DNA of 64,000 nucleotides from Balanoglossus misakiensis (GCA_040954595.2 CM082591.2:5115009-5179008); one strand, 5' to 3'. Positions 12,616 to 27,600 are shown, counted from the stretch's first letter. Translations and numbers: made by a program. Notes: generated by a model not told the origin, from the letters alone.

Positions 12616-15181
12616 CGACGGACAGACAGACAGACAGGTTAACTGATAAATGAGAGAATGACTCCATCCGTCTGTTTTGTCTGTATGTCTGTCTGTCTTT
12701 TTCATGGACTGACTGACTTGCTGTCTCCGAATCCCATGGTGACTGCGCAACTGTCGATGCTATTGCAAAGGTTATGCATATATCCGTCTGTGCAGCCCTT
12801 TTTGGGCGTCCGGGACGCAGTGCCCTTAGAGCATTGCTTCTGTATGAAAGCATCCGCACGAGAAACAAAAGCGAAACCACGGACGACTCATGTGACTGGG
12901 GCGGGCCTTACTTGGAAATTCGACCCTCTGTATCTGGGACCACTCACTCCGCTGACAGAATGGTTCAACGACCCCTACTTAAAAAATCTTAAAGCAGCCT
13001 AGCTGTTGTATGTTGCTGGCGTAGACATGCATTTTAAGTCCGAGAGCAACGCTGAATTCAAACCAACAGGACATACCCGACGTGCTGAACTTCAACACCG
13101 AGCTCCCACGTGGATTACAAGATACCAGTCCCCGTCGCTCATGGCCGAGTGCTCCTTGTCTGTTTTCTGTTCGGCTCACGCCACTTGACTGCCGCGCCGT
13201 TGCCGAGAGTCAAAAATCAAAAACCCTTACGTAATATTCAAAATACCCAGGTGTACGGCTACTGCAGCTAATTGTTCATCCACCAATGATATTTAAATTC
13301 TACGCATTCGTAGTACAATCGTAACAAAGTCAATAATCAAAACAGTCAATCCTGAACGCAAACCGTCGCAAATCGTGGCCTGTATCATGTAAGCGAACCC
13401 GTCCTCCAATGTACAAGCGGAGTTCCACAGATAGTGTCATGGAAGAAATAGATGTGAAACTTACTTTGGAATATGGCCAAAAGTTGACCAACGTTAAGCT
13501 GCAACTCACCCCAGGTCCAAAGCAGTCTGAACAATGATTGTGGAAATCTTACTGATTTAAGGGACATATTATGTAAATTGAGCACGTGCTTAACAGGCAT
13601 ATATTCAGTTTTACTTTCCATTTCCAAACACAATAGCCAAGAAGCCGTTTGCGCATGCGTGCATTCAACAAACTCACTTGGTTGTCATATATAAAGTATC
13701 ATATTATTAATTTAAAAAAAATAAAAAATAAAACTCTTTTCGTGACCAGGAAAAGAAAGGTAATATTTAGCTGAGCATCCGTAACAAGCTGAATTATTAA
13801 AGACGATATGAAGTTTTCTTCGCCGAGAACCAACCACCGATTGGGATAATTAATCTCACAACTTGAAAGCTGATGGTTATCGCTTTAATATTTCTAGTAT
13901 TGAATGATTAGTTTTCAATGGACTTCTCTGAATGAAACCAAGAAACGGGAACTCTCCCCTTGCCCTGCTGAGATTACGAGGACTCCCAAAACTGATGAGG
14001 ATACCACAGCCAAGGGGTTGCTCCAGACACAGAAAGAAAATCGCGGGGATGGTTAAAACATGTTTTTTTTTGTCAGCCACACGACATGAAGGAGAGCTAC
14101 ACCGGGCCACGGGACAGGTCACACCGCGAGAAATACAAGTCGACGAAGGACAGACCAGACGAAGACGACATAACACGATCTCCCACAGCGCTGCAATTCA
14201 CATCACGTGACCACACAATTGTCACCCCCTTTAAACTTGTACGCGGAGAGATTTCTTCCCGTTTTGTTAGAAACCCAAGGGTTTTCATCATCATCATCAT
14301 CATTTTAATTCAGTTTTTACGATTTTCGTCTGGTAAATTCGAACCTCGACCACTGACGTTTCCTGGTTGGTCCTAGCCCCGGCTACTCAACTTTTTTTCT
14401 GCGAGATGTCCTGACCAGTGACCCATGTATGGCGTTTTGTGACTTCTGTGTCACCAAGGCCACTGTGTCACCATAAAGAATGCTACGCGGTATATCACCT
14501 GATTTCTTTTGACCAAGCAAAAGGCTTGGTACACGAACAATGGCGACAGTGGCAGACGTAACCAAAATCTGGGTTTTTCCTGCGCGGACCCTATTGTATT
14601 GTACAACACCACCACAGCTCAAACCCAGACCAGTCTCGAGCGAAACTGTGACGTCACCTTATTGCAGAGCAACCCTATCGTGTTGAGGTCACGCAATACC
14701 TGAATCCGCAGATTTATATATAGCTTGGTTTTTACGCCAGCCGAACTTCCTGCTCCGAGGGGTCGCGTTCAGCCATCGGTCAATCAATGAATGAGATGAA
14801 TGGGTTACTATAAAGTATCTCGTTTGGGGATTTGTGTACAAAGGGGCACGCCAAAAAAGGACGAAGGAAAAGCAATGGTGCGTTGTAACTCCCCCCCCCC
14901 CCTTACGCCACGAGAAAGGAATTTTCAGTTTAGATTTTACGCGTCCCTATTTCGTTTCAGCTAGAGTACAGTGGAAACATGCGAATTTGCGAAAAATCAC
15001 ATGCGCAATAAACTGTAAACGATGCGTGACGGCAGACGCCTAAAAGCATGGCGATACTTGGTAGAACTGTCATCACCGGCCGTACTTTTTTTTTTCACCG
15101 ACGAGATAGTTAGGAGACTTCGCGTCATTTTTCTCCCAAAATTGTGAGCGTGATTATGTCCAACTCTGAGCCTTTTCATGA

Positions 15182-15182
15182 T

Positions 15183-15266
<84 letters not shown>

Positions 15267-15397
15267 TTCCCCTTCCCTCTTTCCTCTCTCCCCTCTTTCC
15301 CTCCCTCCCTCGCTCTCTGTCTGTTTGCCATTTCTTTCTTTCTCTAGGCTCTTCCAATCACCCCCTCTCTCTCCCTCACCCCTCCCCCTCTCTCTCA
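15182..15397. repeat. (TTTC)~21 microsatellite plus polypyrimidine tract
   Basis: Seen directly. Confidence 0.92.
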
Positions 15398-17750
15398 AAG
15401 TACCCTCAAAGTATCTTGCACTCTCTGACTACAAGTCAAGTACTTAAGTTGATACCCAGCCCATCCCTGACGAAAATGCATCATTAAACACAATCAAACG
15501 GATAAAAGATGGAGAGATGCACTGATAGGTACAGTGACGCAGCCAGCTTATTAACTGAAAAAACTGTGAGCGTAAAACAAGAATTTTTACCGACGCAATG
15601 CGTGGTTCGCATGTTGAATGGAAATCAAGACAACACTACGATCAGAATTGTGAATTAAATGTTGACTCCCCGTGTAATACGCGCAACCTTGAAGCCAAAT
15701 CATCCTTTTTGCATCTTTATCGAGGTGAGTAAAAAGTGAAATAAAACAGAATTAAAATACAGGACTATAGTTAAATCTATGAAAATGTTAGACCAAGGAC
15801 AGGAGCGAGCTGCAGATGAAATATACTCAGCGTGGAAGATGAAGTTGTGGAAAATAGAAAAGAAATGTTAAAAAGATGATAATTTCTTATTGGTCAGATT
15901 TACTCACGTGTGCTGATGAAACTCAGTGACTTCTTTGGAAGTGTGGACGGGTTACAGTACTGGTAAATCGTCTGCGTAAGAAAAATCCCCGTTTTACTCA
16001 CTCTTTACTACGATTTCATTCATGCGGCGTTCGGCGGCGCTACTGGAGCAAGCAGCGCGGGGCCGTCACATTTTAAACTCCGAATATTACCGAATATTTT
16101 ATGAAAGGGGAATTCCCGTAGTTTCCCTCTCGTCGACATCGGACCGTCAAACTGCGCATGTCCGCTCCGGCCAAGGGGGGGCGTCAAGCTCGACCTAGTT
16201 TAATTTGCATACTGGTACGCGGCGAATCGTCAACGCATTTCAACTTATCTTCAACATCCCTAACACTAAATTAATCTCTCATGCATTTTAACGACAAAAA
16301 GTAGTAAGACTAACATGTACAACCCCCAAATCATGCAAGAATGGATATTTTTACGATCTGAAATCTAGAAAAATTCCAATGAAATTCATCCCGGGGGTCT
16401 TTCTGTAAGAAATAGTCATTCCGATGAATTTCGCTGATAAATAAAGCGAGCCCTCAGTAGTACAGTGAAACTGGAGGAAGTCCAAACTGGTCAAACTTTC
16501 TCTTTGTCCCTTGGAGCGTGACTTGGAGCCTCGGTGAATGTCTTAAAGCCAGGGTTGATTTTCGTCCACGTGAAAGTCTATGATTGGTTCTTAAGTACAT
16601 GTGTTATTGTATTAGTTTATTTCAGATCAATTCTCCGTTGACCAAATGCATCGCTCTTCGTATACAGCTGAGCGCCAAGAAAGAGATCACCACACTTGAA
16701 ATAGTCTTGAAAAAAGTATTTCGTGGCCAATTTTCGATAGTGTAGCCAAAGCATTTGGTTTGCTTAATTTTCTTATTTTGTGAAATAACAAGATTTCATT
16801 GGATACCGGGCAACCCGTCAGTTAACGATAACAAGTTAACGAGATTATAATGTATGGGTTGGGAGATACTAGTTATACGTTGTTATCTGTCCGATGCTAT
16901 GATGAGTAGAGAAATCTGTGAGATAAAACAACTCGAGATAACAAACTGAATGAGATTCGGTACGGTTAATGCCGCCATTATCATCGATGGAAGCAGCGAT
17001 AAAAAATCGGCATCAAAATTTCCACGGGCACGACATGGTTTGGCGACTAAGCTCATGATCCACCAGCGTTCGCATATTTGGATTAATGCGGCACATGATA
17101 TATGCAGTTGTATCACGAATCATACTCAAATGACTTGTCAGGGCCCTGGCCTGCTTTTACTCCGTGGTTTGCCGATTACGTCACTTTCGCTCACGAGAGT
17201 CGCGTATGCTTTGGACTAAAAGCGAAAGCATATCACAAGACCAAACCCACCCTCCTGAACTGCCCTGATCTATTATACAACAATGAAGGAAGGAAAAACA
17301 ATTCTGGGCAGCTTCAAGTGATTTTGATTTTGTTAAAAATCCGCACAGGGAAGAACTTGCAGTTCATGCGTGTCTCCAATATGTTCAGGTTGGGCAGATC
17401 TCATTGAGATTAATCTAATCCTATATAAAACGTGTCGTTTTTCGCAGATTCCTAAACAAAATCGCGCAGTTTTATGTTTTTGCTAATTGTACATTCCTCA
17501 CGCCGGTTACTGACCGTTCCATGTCATAGTGGACGACAAAATCGAGCTGGGAATACCAAGACACCCACGCGGGTACCCAGATTTTGACAAAAATACACCC
17601 TTCCGTAAACTTTACACAGCGGGTATACAAGCGCGTTTAACCCTGGTATTCGTCGGTGGGATTAAGGGGAGTTGAAATAGAAATCACGAAGCGTGTCTAC
17701 CCGAAACTTGAATCAGGAAGTTAGGATTTTAGTGCTGGGGGGATCAGTAA

Positions 17751-19018
17751 CATTACCACGGAATTCTTTTTACCAGCACCAAACGGAAAACTGGCAACAT
17801 CGTATTTCTTTCATGCCAGCAACGCGTTATCTCTAAAATTGTAACAACGTCACAATGTACTAGACAAAGAGGCGTCCCCCCATCCCAATTGCGCAGTTGA
17901 AGTACGTGCGTGTTGAGAGAGAGACGTGAACAGAAAGGGGTAGGAGACTGACTTGAACACGGACGACGAGAGTTGTTTAGCGTGTCGAACGCTGCTCTAC
18001 GAAGCTCGTAGTTACCTACTGACCGGGACATTTGCGCTTGAACGGACTGGGTTCCTCCCGATTGCCGCACGCCGGCGGGTATGAAAGTGTAGGCTAAGAC
18101 GTCGATCCACCGGCCGGCTGCACTGTTCCCAACATTACCAGCTCCACGCCACTTTGAGCTGCACCGCGGTCGGATATCCCACCCCGGCTGCCGGACAGCA
18201 TATGAAGGTGTCTGAGGCCTTTTCTAGTCAAAACTTTGGGGTTTTCGGAATGGGAAATAGCGGAACAAGAACATGGATATATACTAAATCATGAACGCCA
18301 AACAAACACGTTGAAAAAGACAGATCTGAAAAATTCATGTGGCGTCCGCCGCTGGGCGCATTGACGCGTCAACGTTTTTTTCAAACAACGTAACCTGTCA
18401 CGATTGCTTCCACAAACAACAAGTTCGTGCGTAGGTCGAGAAAGTTCTCAAGCGGCCAGGTGATCGCGGCAAGGTTAGCGGCGGCCTCGCACGCCCGAAT
18501 TTGCCACAAAACTATCAGTCCACACAGCAATGCCGTTCAAACTCTTCCGTCGTATTTATTTCAACACAAATTCAGAATACAACACGGCAGTTTGGTACGT
18601 CGTCTCTATCCTACACTGCTAATTCTCATCTCAATCTCTAAAAAAGTTCAACAGACGGGATACACTGCAACCCGCGGCACTAGGAACGGTAAAATTCACG
18701 TCTCTGCTTCACAGGAATCTACCGACCTGAAGTGGGAGGAACCCAGTCCGTTCAAGTACAAATGTCCCGGTAAGAAGGTAACTACGAGCTTCCTAGAGCA
18801 GCGTTCGAGTCGACACGTCTCTCTCAACACGCACGTACTTCAACTGCGCAATAGGGATGGGGGGGGGGGGGGCGCCTCTTTGTCTACTAAATTGTGACGT
18901 TGTTACAATTTTAGAGATAACGTGTCGGGCCCCCTCAAAGAAGCCGGTGGCCCCCTCAAAGAAAGCCGGTGTTGCTAGTTTGGCATTCGTTGCTAGTAAA
19001 AAGAATTTTGTAGTAAGG
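17751..19018. mobile_element. Non-autonomous DNA transposon / foldback element with long (~280-310 bp) imperfect terminal inverted repeats
   Basis: 17751-18059 is the reverse complement of 18733-19018 (e.g. gttatctctaaaattgtaacaacgtcacaa / ttgtgacgttgttacaattttagagataac; gcgcagttgaagtacgtgcgtgttgagaga / tctctcaacacgcacgtacttcaactgcgc). No transposase ORF inside. Ends approximate. Confidence 0.75.
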
Positions 19019-19821
19019 TATATTTTCAGAAAAACGACAGTCGTCTAAAAACCTTTCCATTCTTGGCTATGTTGAAGTGTGTGACGAGTCTTTTTGAAAA
19101 CAAAGAAGAAAACCATGTTGTTTACCGTCTATAGTTTTCATAAAAGTCGATGGAAGAAACTGCAGTTGACGTGGGGAATAAAAAAAAAACTTGAAAAGTT
19201 ACAGCTAGTTGAGCCTTTAAAAGTTTGCATTCAGACGTGGGTCAAATAACTGAAAGTCAATTGCTAGTAAAAACGCCATTGATAGTAGAAAGGCCGTGAC
19301 GTTCTAGCTAACAAGCTAACATTATCTTCACGTTTCCACCTCTGAGTCGCCATATTACTTCTGCACCTGGCGACCCCCCCCCCCCCCGCCGCCAGCAACA
19401 GCACAAATACACTAGAGTCCCCGCGGACAACAAAAGACTCCTTCGGACGCAAAACTAGAATACATAACCCGAGTACCCCCCCAACACACTCACGAACAAT
19501 TCTCACGCACATTGTCGCGGCAGCAACACGGTAGCCTGTTTTCATTTGGAGTCACTTCGAACGGCACCCTGTTATAACGAGGGAACACTACAGATTGTTG
19601 ATATAGTAATGTATGTTTTATCACTCTGCAAGATGTATGGTCTGTGTAGAGGAGATACGACTACCATCTTGAGCACGACGTCTGCTGTTCGTCACAATTT
19701 CGACAGAACAACGTAACGGCCCTACGGGTACCCCAGACAGTTTGGACTGCCGGTAAACAGAAATTACTTAGCCGGGAACACAGCGGTAATAAAATTTCAA
19801 ACTCTTGGCATTTTTGTTTAC

Positions 19822-20927
19822 CTTGAAAGGAAATCGCCTCATTTTTATTCTCCTCTGAACGGTGTTAGCGTGAAAGATCTTTAATCACGCACAATGTTGG
19901 ATATTCTGCAGATTTACGGCCGGGTCTGTGATAGAATTCGTATTTGTGTTTAAAGTGTAAACAGTGGGGAGAATGCTCGCGGTTCGGTGATGTTTTAGAA
20001 TCACTGAAGCAGTAAAAATTCCATCGACGGTGTGCTGTCGTGTGTCAAAAACCGTGAAACATAATCCTGCTGTTCTGTCACCGTGATTGAGCTAAACAGA
20101 CTTGTACTCCAACAGGTGGTTTCTGTATGGAATATTGGAAGAAGGAGAAATCGCTGGGTTTGAGAATTAAAGTACCAACTCGCATCGAAACGCACAGAGA
20201 GCGTTCCCTCTTTGACATTGACTGAAAGTCCTATCATACTTATTTATACAGAGAGGGAGACGAGAGTGATGGAAAGAGAGGAGATAGGAGGGAGAGAGGG
20301 GAAGAGAGAGAGGGGGGAGACGACAAGCTTACTATACTAGATCAATGAAGACTGTAACACACAATTCGGGCATTTGCTGCTAACCTACAACATATCGTCG
20401 GGGTGTAAGGATAACCAATATTCAGTTGTTGGCCAACTTTGTTGATAATTGGTATTTGATACCTTTTTTGCAACTGATCCTTTGGTTCGTGGAAGTTTAC
20501 ACAAAACTTGGGCCGTGTTGTTTTTCAATGACCTTTGAATGTCGATCTGCAACGGAGGTTGGCAATTCAACAAGGGTGTTGCGTTACATGACCAAGCCAT
20601 GAGTTTGCTGCGTTATTTTAAATTTACCAGGCGAGATGAAAAATGTAACGTAGGGTCAGTAATTCCACTGTTTTTTTTTCAGTGATATTGGGGAGCGGTT
20701 CCCACTGGCAACGCTGAGAGGGAGGAATCGTGAGCAGTAAACTGTCTATAATCCCCTCGAGTAGGGATCTGTTTTGGATATCGCCAAGTGTCCGGGATTT
20801 CACAGCACTCAACGGGCACTGCGATACAGCTGCTATTCTTGGACCTTCGTCGAATACGTATACGTACTTCAGCACAGTCGTACCGTCAGAGTTCTCAAGG
20901 TCGAAATTTTCCCCTTTTGCTCCGTGT
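19822..20927 (-). pseudogene. Possible degraded multi-exon coding sequence of unknown family
   Basis: Exon-like blocks with donor sites at 19820-19821 and 20383-20384, an acceptor at 20231-20232 after a pyrimidine tract, and protein-like ORFs (20624..20992, 20001..20237) broken by stops. No domain recognised. Confidence 0.25.
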
Positions 20928-23900
20928 TGCAAAAACAAGCAAAACAAAATATACAAATAATTAATCAACGAATCAATGAATGAAGGAATCAACCAACCGA
21001 CTGGTCGACCGACCGACCGACCGACCTAACAAAACTTCATGCATACGGCCAAACTTCAAAGACCTCAATTATAATTAGCATACGGATACAAATGTAGCTT
21101 GTCGCTTAGTTTATCCAAATATAACACCAAAACACTGGTCATCATAGAAATATTGTTTACTTTTTTTCCAGACAGAATGTGTGGGAACCAATTTAGCGTT
21201 GGTTCAGAGTCCAGTGGAAACAACCACCCATGTAAAGATAATTACCATGACAACCAATTATTCCCATTTGAATGCATCGTCGAAGGTCAAAATTGTTAGC
21301 CGGATAATGTTATGGTTTGGTTGAATAGCGGTCGCGATGACCGTGTATCTATGTCTGTCTGTCCATCCATCCATCGTCCACAAAACATTTATTTGCCAAT
21401 ATGTCTAGAAAAATAGATGAATACCGTTCCTGTCGAAACATCCAGTGCAATTCTTGACATTCTCTCGGGGGCATGGTGTGTCGAAACCGACCCTGGAAAT
21501 CTGGCAAAAAATTGAAACATTAAAAAAATCACACGTTTTGCACATAAAACTCATCTTTTAGGTTGAATGGTCTTGGATGGGGAGGCAATAGCCTAAATAT
21601 CGCACTTTCGTCCGCCAAAATCGAGGTCAGAGTACGCTGTAAATCATGTTTTCAAAGCCCTGTCTTCTTCACACGAATGCGATAGGCGTGAAGTTGATAA
21701 GGTTGGACTTCATGACCTCCTTTCCCCCCAAAATGACACTATAGAGCAGGTGGTCGTCTGGTCAGAAATTGAGTGCCCCTCACAGTTAGCGCCTAATAAC
21801 TGCTTAATGGGTACAGCTAGAACACATTCACTTGACAATCGCGTTTTAATGGTGTGCTATCGGTACATGTATTAAAGACAGTGTCGCCTTGAGTCACCAA
21901 AGGTTAAATGAGAGAAACGGTTGGTTGTAGTCCATCCTTTCGATGACACTCACGCTAAAAAGTGAAATGGGGACAATTCTTCGGCAAAATATAATTATTG
22001 AGCACGATGAGTATCTATTCATGATTAAAACATGACAGATTTATGATCGTGAAATTCTTGATTTTCAACCAGCTTAAAAAGTACATGTACGAGTAATTGG
22101 TCTATCTCGAGCAAAGCCAGGTTTCAAAAGTTTCATAACAGTTTTTGTACAATGGCAGAGGGAAAATGGGAAGCAAAAAAAACGGGAACCGAATCAAATA
22201 TCTCTAAAGGAGTGATAAACATCACTTAGCTGTATTTTGTGAATGGGTGTCTGAAAGGCAAAGCTGCCGACAGGTTGCTGTTGTCATGGACTCACGTGAT
22301 CACCTCTCGTCCAATCCTGTTCGACGTAGTGTATAGTGCGCTGAAAACAGTTGCGGCAAGACAGAAATTTAGCATTTCGACTAAGTTTCGAGCATCCAGA
22401 TAGCAATATCGTGGGTCAACAATGTTATATTCAGCCTGATAATAAATGAACCTTTAAAATCTCGGATAAAAATCTCGTCGTTGAGACAAACCAGACTGGG
22501 TCAAATCTGCTACTGCAGGACTCGTAACCCCCAACATGACATACATGCTATGGGATTTAAATCTCTTTGTGTTATATTTTTTCAATTTTTTTCTTTTTCA
22601 GAATTTTGCATTATATAACTTTATCGTCTGCTCAGATTATAAATCTCACTAGTGCATGTCGGGAGGGGTAGTTGTATTTTGAATTCGTCGGTTCTGGTTC
22701 AATACATTGTGGCCTGAAGCAAACTTGGTGTTTATTTGACTACACGTATACCGCAGCTGTGTTGGAAATTCCACAGCATTCAGTGTTTCACCATCCGATA
22801 GTCGTTCTCTCTCTCCCCGGCCCTCTCTGCGATTACTATGTCAACATTGATTCTGCGCGTTCCGTTGTCACCGCGATACCATAGCGACGCCGCGATAATT
22901 GGCCGCGGCAACGTAACACCTGCCGCGCAACGACTCACTGTGTTGTTATTGTTATCTGCGCATATTCGCGTGACTTTCCCTCACCAACGAGATGTCGGTT
23001 AGCAGGCAGACACCAGATTTCAGGCCACGCCTTCAACACGGTCTCTCAAGAAGTTGTCATAGGCCACGGGAAATAACCACGTTTACAGGTGCTGTAAAAT
23101 TGGTCAGATAAACCTGGGCTGTCTGCGAGTCTGAACCAGGCCTGGCGATGAAGGAATTTGTACAGTGACGTAATTTATGGTGTCACCCAGTGCTGTGATT
23201 AGAAGTCTGTTATGTGGACAGTCGTCCGGCAGTGTTGAATTCAGTGTCTGAACTTTCGCTAGGTGTACTTTCAGAGAATGTGCGTGCCAATTTGACGACA
23301 GTAAAATGTAAACAAGAATTTTTGTGTGCACTGAAAATTGGCGCAATCCACAAAGAGTAATAAACAAGCCTTTTATCTCACAATTCATGTTATCCCTTCT
23401 AAGTGACGACTTGAGAGGGGTGCTTGTTCATTTGAATTCGGCTTCAAGTGCAGGGGGCGAAAACAACGACAAACGGAACAGAAGCCGAAGATCAATGCCA
23501 ACCGAATTTACTTACTTCCCGTTAAGCACAGCTTAGCAACGGTGTCTGGACCCTGGGTTTTCAACGGAGAACGCAATTTCATCTGTTTGTGTGTGTGTCT
23601 TTAGCATGTTAAAGAAATCAGAATAAAGCGAAAACTGTCACACAGACATGATCTTCTTCTCAACAGTACGTACCGACGGTGGGTGATGTACGCTTGTCGC
23701 CAGGACAGGTTGCCTAAACAGGCTGCAACAGGGGATCAGCAAAGTAGTCATCGCCAAATGCATTTCTCAACTTGAATCACTCGGTCTCCTTTTTTATTGG
23801 GCGTGCTGCAGCGTTGTACACACCGAGCCATTAACGGTCACGCCAGGTGCGTTTGAACTAGAACACACTCGAAGTGCACTTAGCGTGACTTCTTGGTGTG

Positions 23901-24592
23901 AACATTTTTTTATTGCGAGCACTCAACAATTAAAACCTCATCATCACTGTTATTGCAAATTAGCAAACACGCGGAGGAATCTCCATAGGGTGATTCAGAA
24001 CGGAACTCCTTATAAAGAATTTGGCAATCTTGCAATCTGCGCAATCAGACTAAGTATAGTTTACAGTAATATAACAATGAATGAGACATTTTGCCTATCT
24101 CTTTAGATTAACTAGTCGATTTGTTCAGTATCCCTGATTGCGATATCCATCTGATAGAGATACCCACGTAAACGCTGTTTGTTTAGTGGTATATAATGAC
24201 ACAACTATGACATGTGTAAGGCGACGGCAAAGACGCCTGACAAAACCTGAGGATGTTTTGAACAGAATAAGTACACTGAGTATGCTCAGTATCACGTGAT
24301 AAACTGAAGTATTTCGTCATCGACGACAAAAATTTTTTTTTGTAAAGTTCCATTCAGCGGGCCAAGCTATTTTCATTTAAAACTGTACGACAAAATTGAA
24401 AACATTTTTTTCATAAGGTTTTGCACTTTAGCCCCAAAGAGGAACCTTACATTGAAAAAAAACACGTACACACACTCGTCCGCCTTTAATATGTGGAAGT
24501 GTTGGATCGCAACTGAAATAGATACATGTTTATAGGTCTGCACAGGGTCAAAAGTTTTCAGCCATCTTTGCAAGGTTCGTAAGAAGAGATTT

Positions 24593-24660
<68 letters not shown>
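24593..24660. repeat. (ATC)~22 microsatellite
   Basis: Seen directly. Confidence 0.95.
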
Positions 24661-27600
24661 ATTCAAACACGACCCAGGGATTATGATCAAGAAGATGTCT
24701 TTGTGACCCGAAAATCAATTACCAGTTTATGAATTGCAAAGCCAATTTTCTGACAACGTCAGAGTATGAACACTTTACGAAATTCGCCACCGAAACAGCA
24801 AATCCTTGAGGTAGCGTCGGTTCACAGTGTTTTGGGGGAAACCAGATTCCTGTTACAAGCTCTTTTGAGATATTGCCATGTATAATTATTTGTTGTGTGT
24901 CTCCGATTCTGGCACCTGGTGGTCACCCATTTGCGATATTATTTAAATTTGGCCACTTGACCAGTCTCACAATAGCCGGGGAAAACCCCAATGCTCGCCG
25001 ATACCGCAAAATCCATTTAAGTCTAGTGCGCAGGCCGACTGAGAGATTAGTATGCTCTGTGATCCTAAGACATCAATGGGCGCCCTATTTTCCCCGGGAA
25101 ATTAGCACGTGTTGCACGTGTCCCCCTGTTTTCGTGTTATACAATGTAATACGGCTTTACGACCATATTTGGACATAACTCGGAGAGTGGGCACGCTCGC
25201 GCTGACTGATTGACCGGCCGAGGCTGGGATATTCCTGTTGCTATTTTTAGAACTTCATTTACCTATGGCCATTGAACCGTGTTGTGTTGTTTAAAAGCCA
25301 CCGGACGTGCCCCTAGGCTTACAGCATACGCGTTGTTGTATGAATGAAAGGGGGGGGGGGGGGGGTCAAAAGGTATTTCACAGCATAAGCCAACACACGC
25401 TGGCATCGAAGGGATTTTAGTTCGTTTTTCGCCTGTCTTAAGATTTCATATGTAATCTGTGGTCGGTATAGGTATCATACACTGCGACATCTCACAAGAT
25501 CTTTTTGACGCTGAAATGAGCAAATTATTTTTTCTTATCGAAATAAGCATCTCTAGTACTCTAATCTAGTGGCGATTATCACATCAATTGCTTCTCAATT
25601 CCCTTGTGTACGTGTTTCAAAAGGTTACCATATTAAACGTAAAAAACTGGAATTTCCAGTTTTAGGCTTTTAGCCACGCCCACAATAGTCTTGCAAATTT
25701 ATATCAGTGAGCGATCTTTTTTCTCCGCCTAAGATGGCTTGCTCACGAGCTATCGAAAGCCAGGACCTTCGAATTCTCTGGTGGTTCTCTGCACTAAACA
25801 TACATGATTATATTTTTACTTCTAACGTTCAAGATCTGTAAAAGTATTTTATTTCTTTATTTTACGGAACCACCCTCTCATAAATGTACACGCTTCACAA
25901 ATTGATACGTGCTATACGCTTGCTATTCGATGTATTACGACTCCAGGGGGCGCATTTCAGCCAGTGGACGAGCATGATATTGTATACAGGCCTGGTTGGT
26001 TCTCCGGTTTCAGAGAAGTCTGGGAAAGTTTTTACATTCGGGTTTACTCTCCGAAAGGTAAGTTAAATTTTATATGGTAAGTAAATTAAAATATTATTTT
26101 TATCTACCGAGGCTAAAGATTTCTTACCACTGGCACAAGAAGCCAATTTGGATCCATGGTTATAGAGGTGATTTGCCTATCATTAGTGAACCAATTTAAA
26201 ATTCTCATAATGACCATTTTCTTATTTTTCTGTTCTTATAATCAACATGTATACTTTGATGGTATATTTTATAGTCTAATTTCATTGAATTAGCGAGTCA
26301 TAGTCGTAGGTTGTGACATGTTTTTTTTATATTCACTGAGATCAACGTTCATAAAAAATTTATGTATTTAAAGAATCGATTGATTTAACAGAAATAAGAA
26401 AACTTTACCTTTATGGAACAGATTGCTGTCTTGAATGCGATTGTTTTTAATGACACTTGCCTAGAGATATTTTTTACAACACTTTGTTCATGTATAGGCC
26501 TATTGGCTTTTCGGGTGCTTGTTATAGTCAGGGTTTGTATGGTGCTGAGATTATTCATTAAGACGCTCTTACCGTTGTTTTGTTTAACACACATCATGTA
26601 TCGACCAATACTTCACTGTGCAATAAAAATTAATATGTAAAAAAAACGAGATCAACGTTCAATTTTACAAAAAGGAAACTGGAAAGTTTTTCTGTTGATA
26701 TGAAATATTTAGATAGATTTGCGCGTTCTTGGTCGGATATTAGCAAATAAAATGAAGTGACATTGAAAACATCATCATGAATGAAAAGGTAGTGTCCACG
26801 TTGGTTTACCGATGGTTTGGGTCGTTACACAGGCTTTAAAATAAGTAAATTATACCGCTGAGGTCGCTGTCCAATCTCCGAGCCCTCGGTCTCGCCCAGC
26901 AAACAGCATCTAGTCACGTGGTATCGCCCATTGTCCCGAATTGCAGAAGTATTTGACTAAAAATCACAGTACTCGATTATGATATGGCAGCTCAAGGGCA
27001 AATGCCTAGGCAAACAGATTAAGGCCACGTAAACATTGAGTGAAGGAACTTTAAGCCCCAAAAGAAGCACAAACATGTATGTAGGCCAAAAACATCCAAC
27101 TTGAAGCAAGATTTTTTAATACTGAAAAAATAAGATTATTGTTTAGGAGGTTATTAACACCAGTAGCTTATACAAGATGTAGCCAAAAGTTAAGATGACG
27201 TCGATATGGTATTGTTTGAGTGCCATACATTTTCTAATGTTTTCCTAAATTTTTGAGAGAAAAATGCCTTGAGTCGTCTCGTTGACACCCATGTAGCAGG
27301 CTAAACCGGTCGAGTTGTTTTCAAAATACAAAAACCCGGAATTTTTTATCACCAACACGATGACAGCCTAGCAAACGGACACCCAAGTGAAAATACAAAA
27401 AAAGAACAAGAATGGATGTGATTAGACACAACATGTTTCTCCCACGCCTGTTTGTCGTTTGGCCCTTTGCAACAAAACAACTGAAATCCCGTAGTACAGG
27501 TATACACAAACTTCCACGCACATTTTATCGTCGCGCGGGCGTCTCTACGTCCAGCGATAGACGAGACCTTCGCTTCCAACGACTTCCCAAAAATTGTTAT

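Noticed and set aside
12408-12653. ORFs with FIHS repeats; likewise KKER/FFLS (15.0-15.4 kb), poly-Met (24.4-24.7 kb), SVCL/QTDR (30.4-30.9 kb) and QSIN (63.0-63.2 kb)
   Set aside because: They are translations of microsatellites, not genes.
18427-18897. 156-aa ORF inside the foldback element as a transposase
   Set aside because: No DDE or DNA-binding motifs, non-ATG start, and it runs into the inverted repeat.
26856-26945. Similarity to 31755-31840 (cctcgg..cgcccagcaa...agtcacgtggtatc)
   Set aside because: Short, degenerate match that is probably an old repeat fragment; boundaries cannot be defined.
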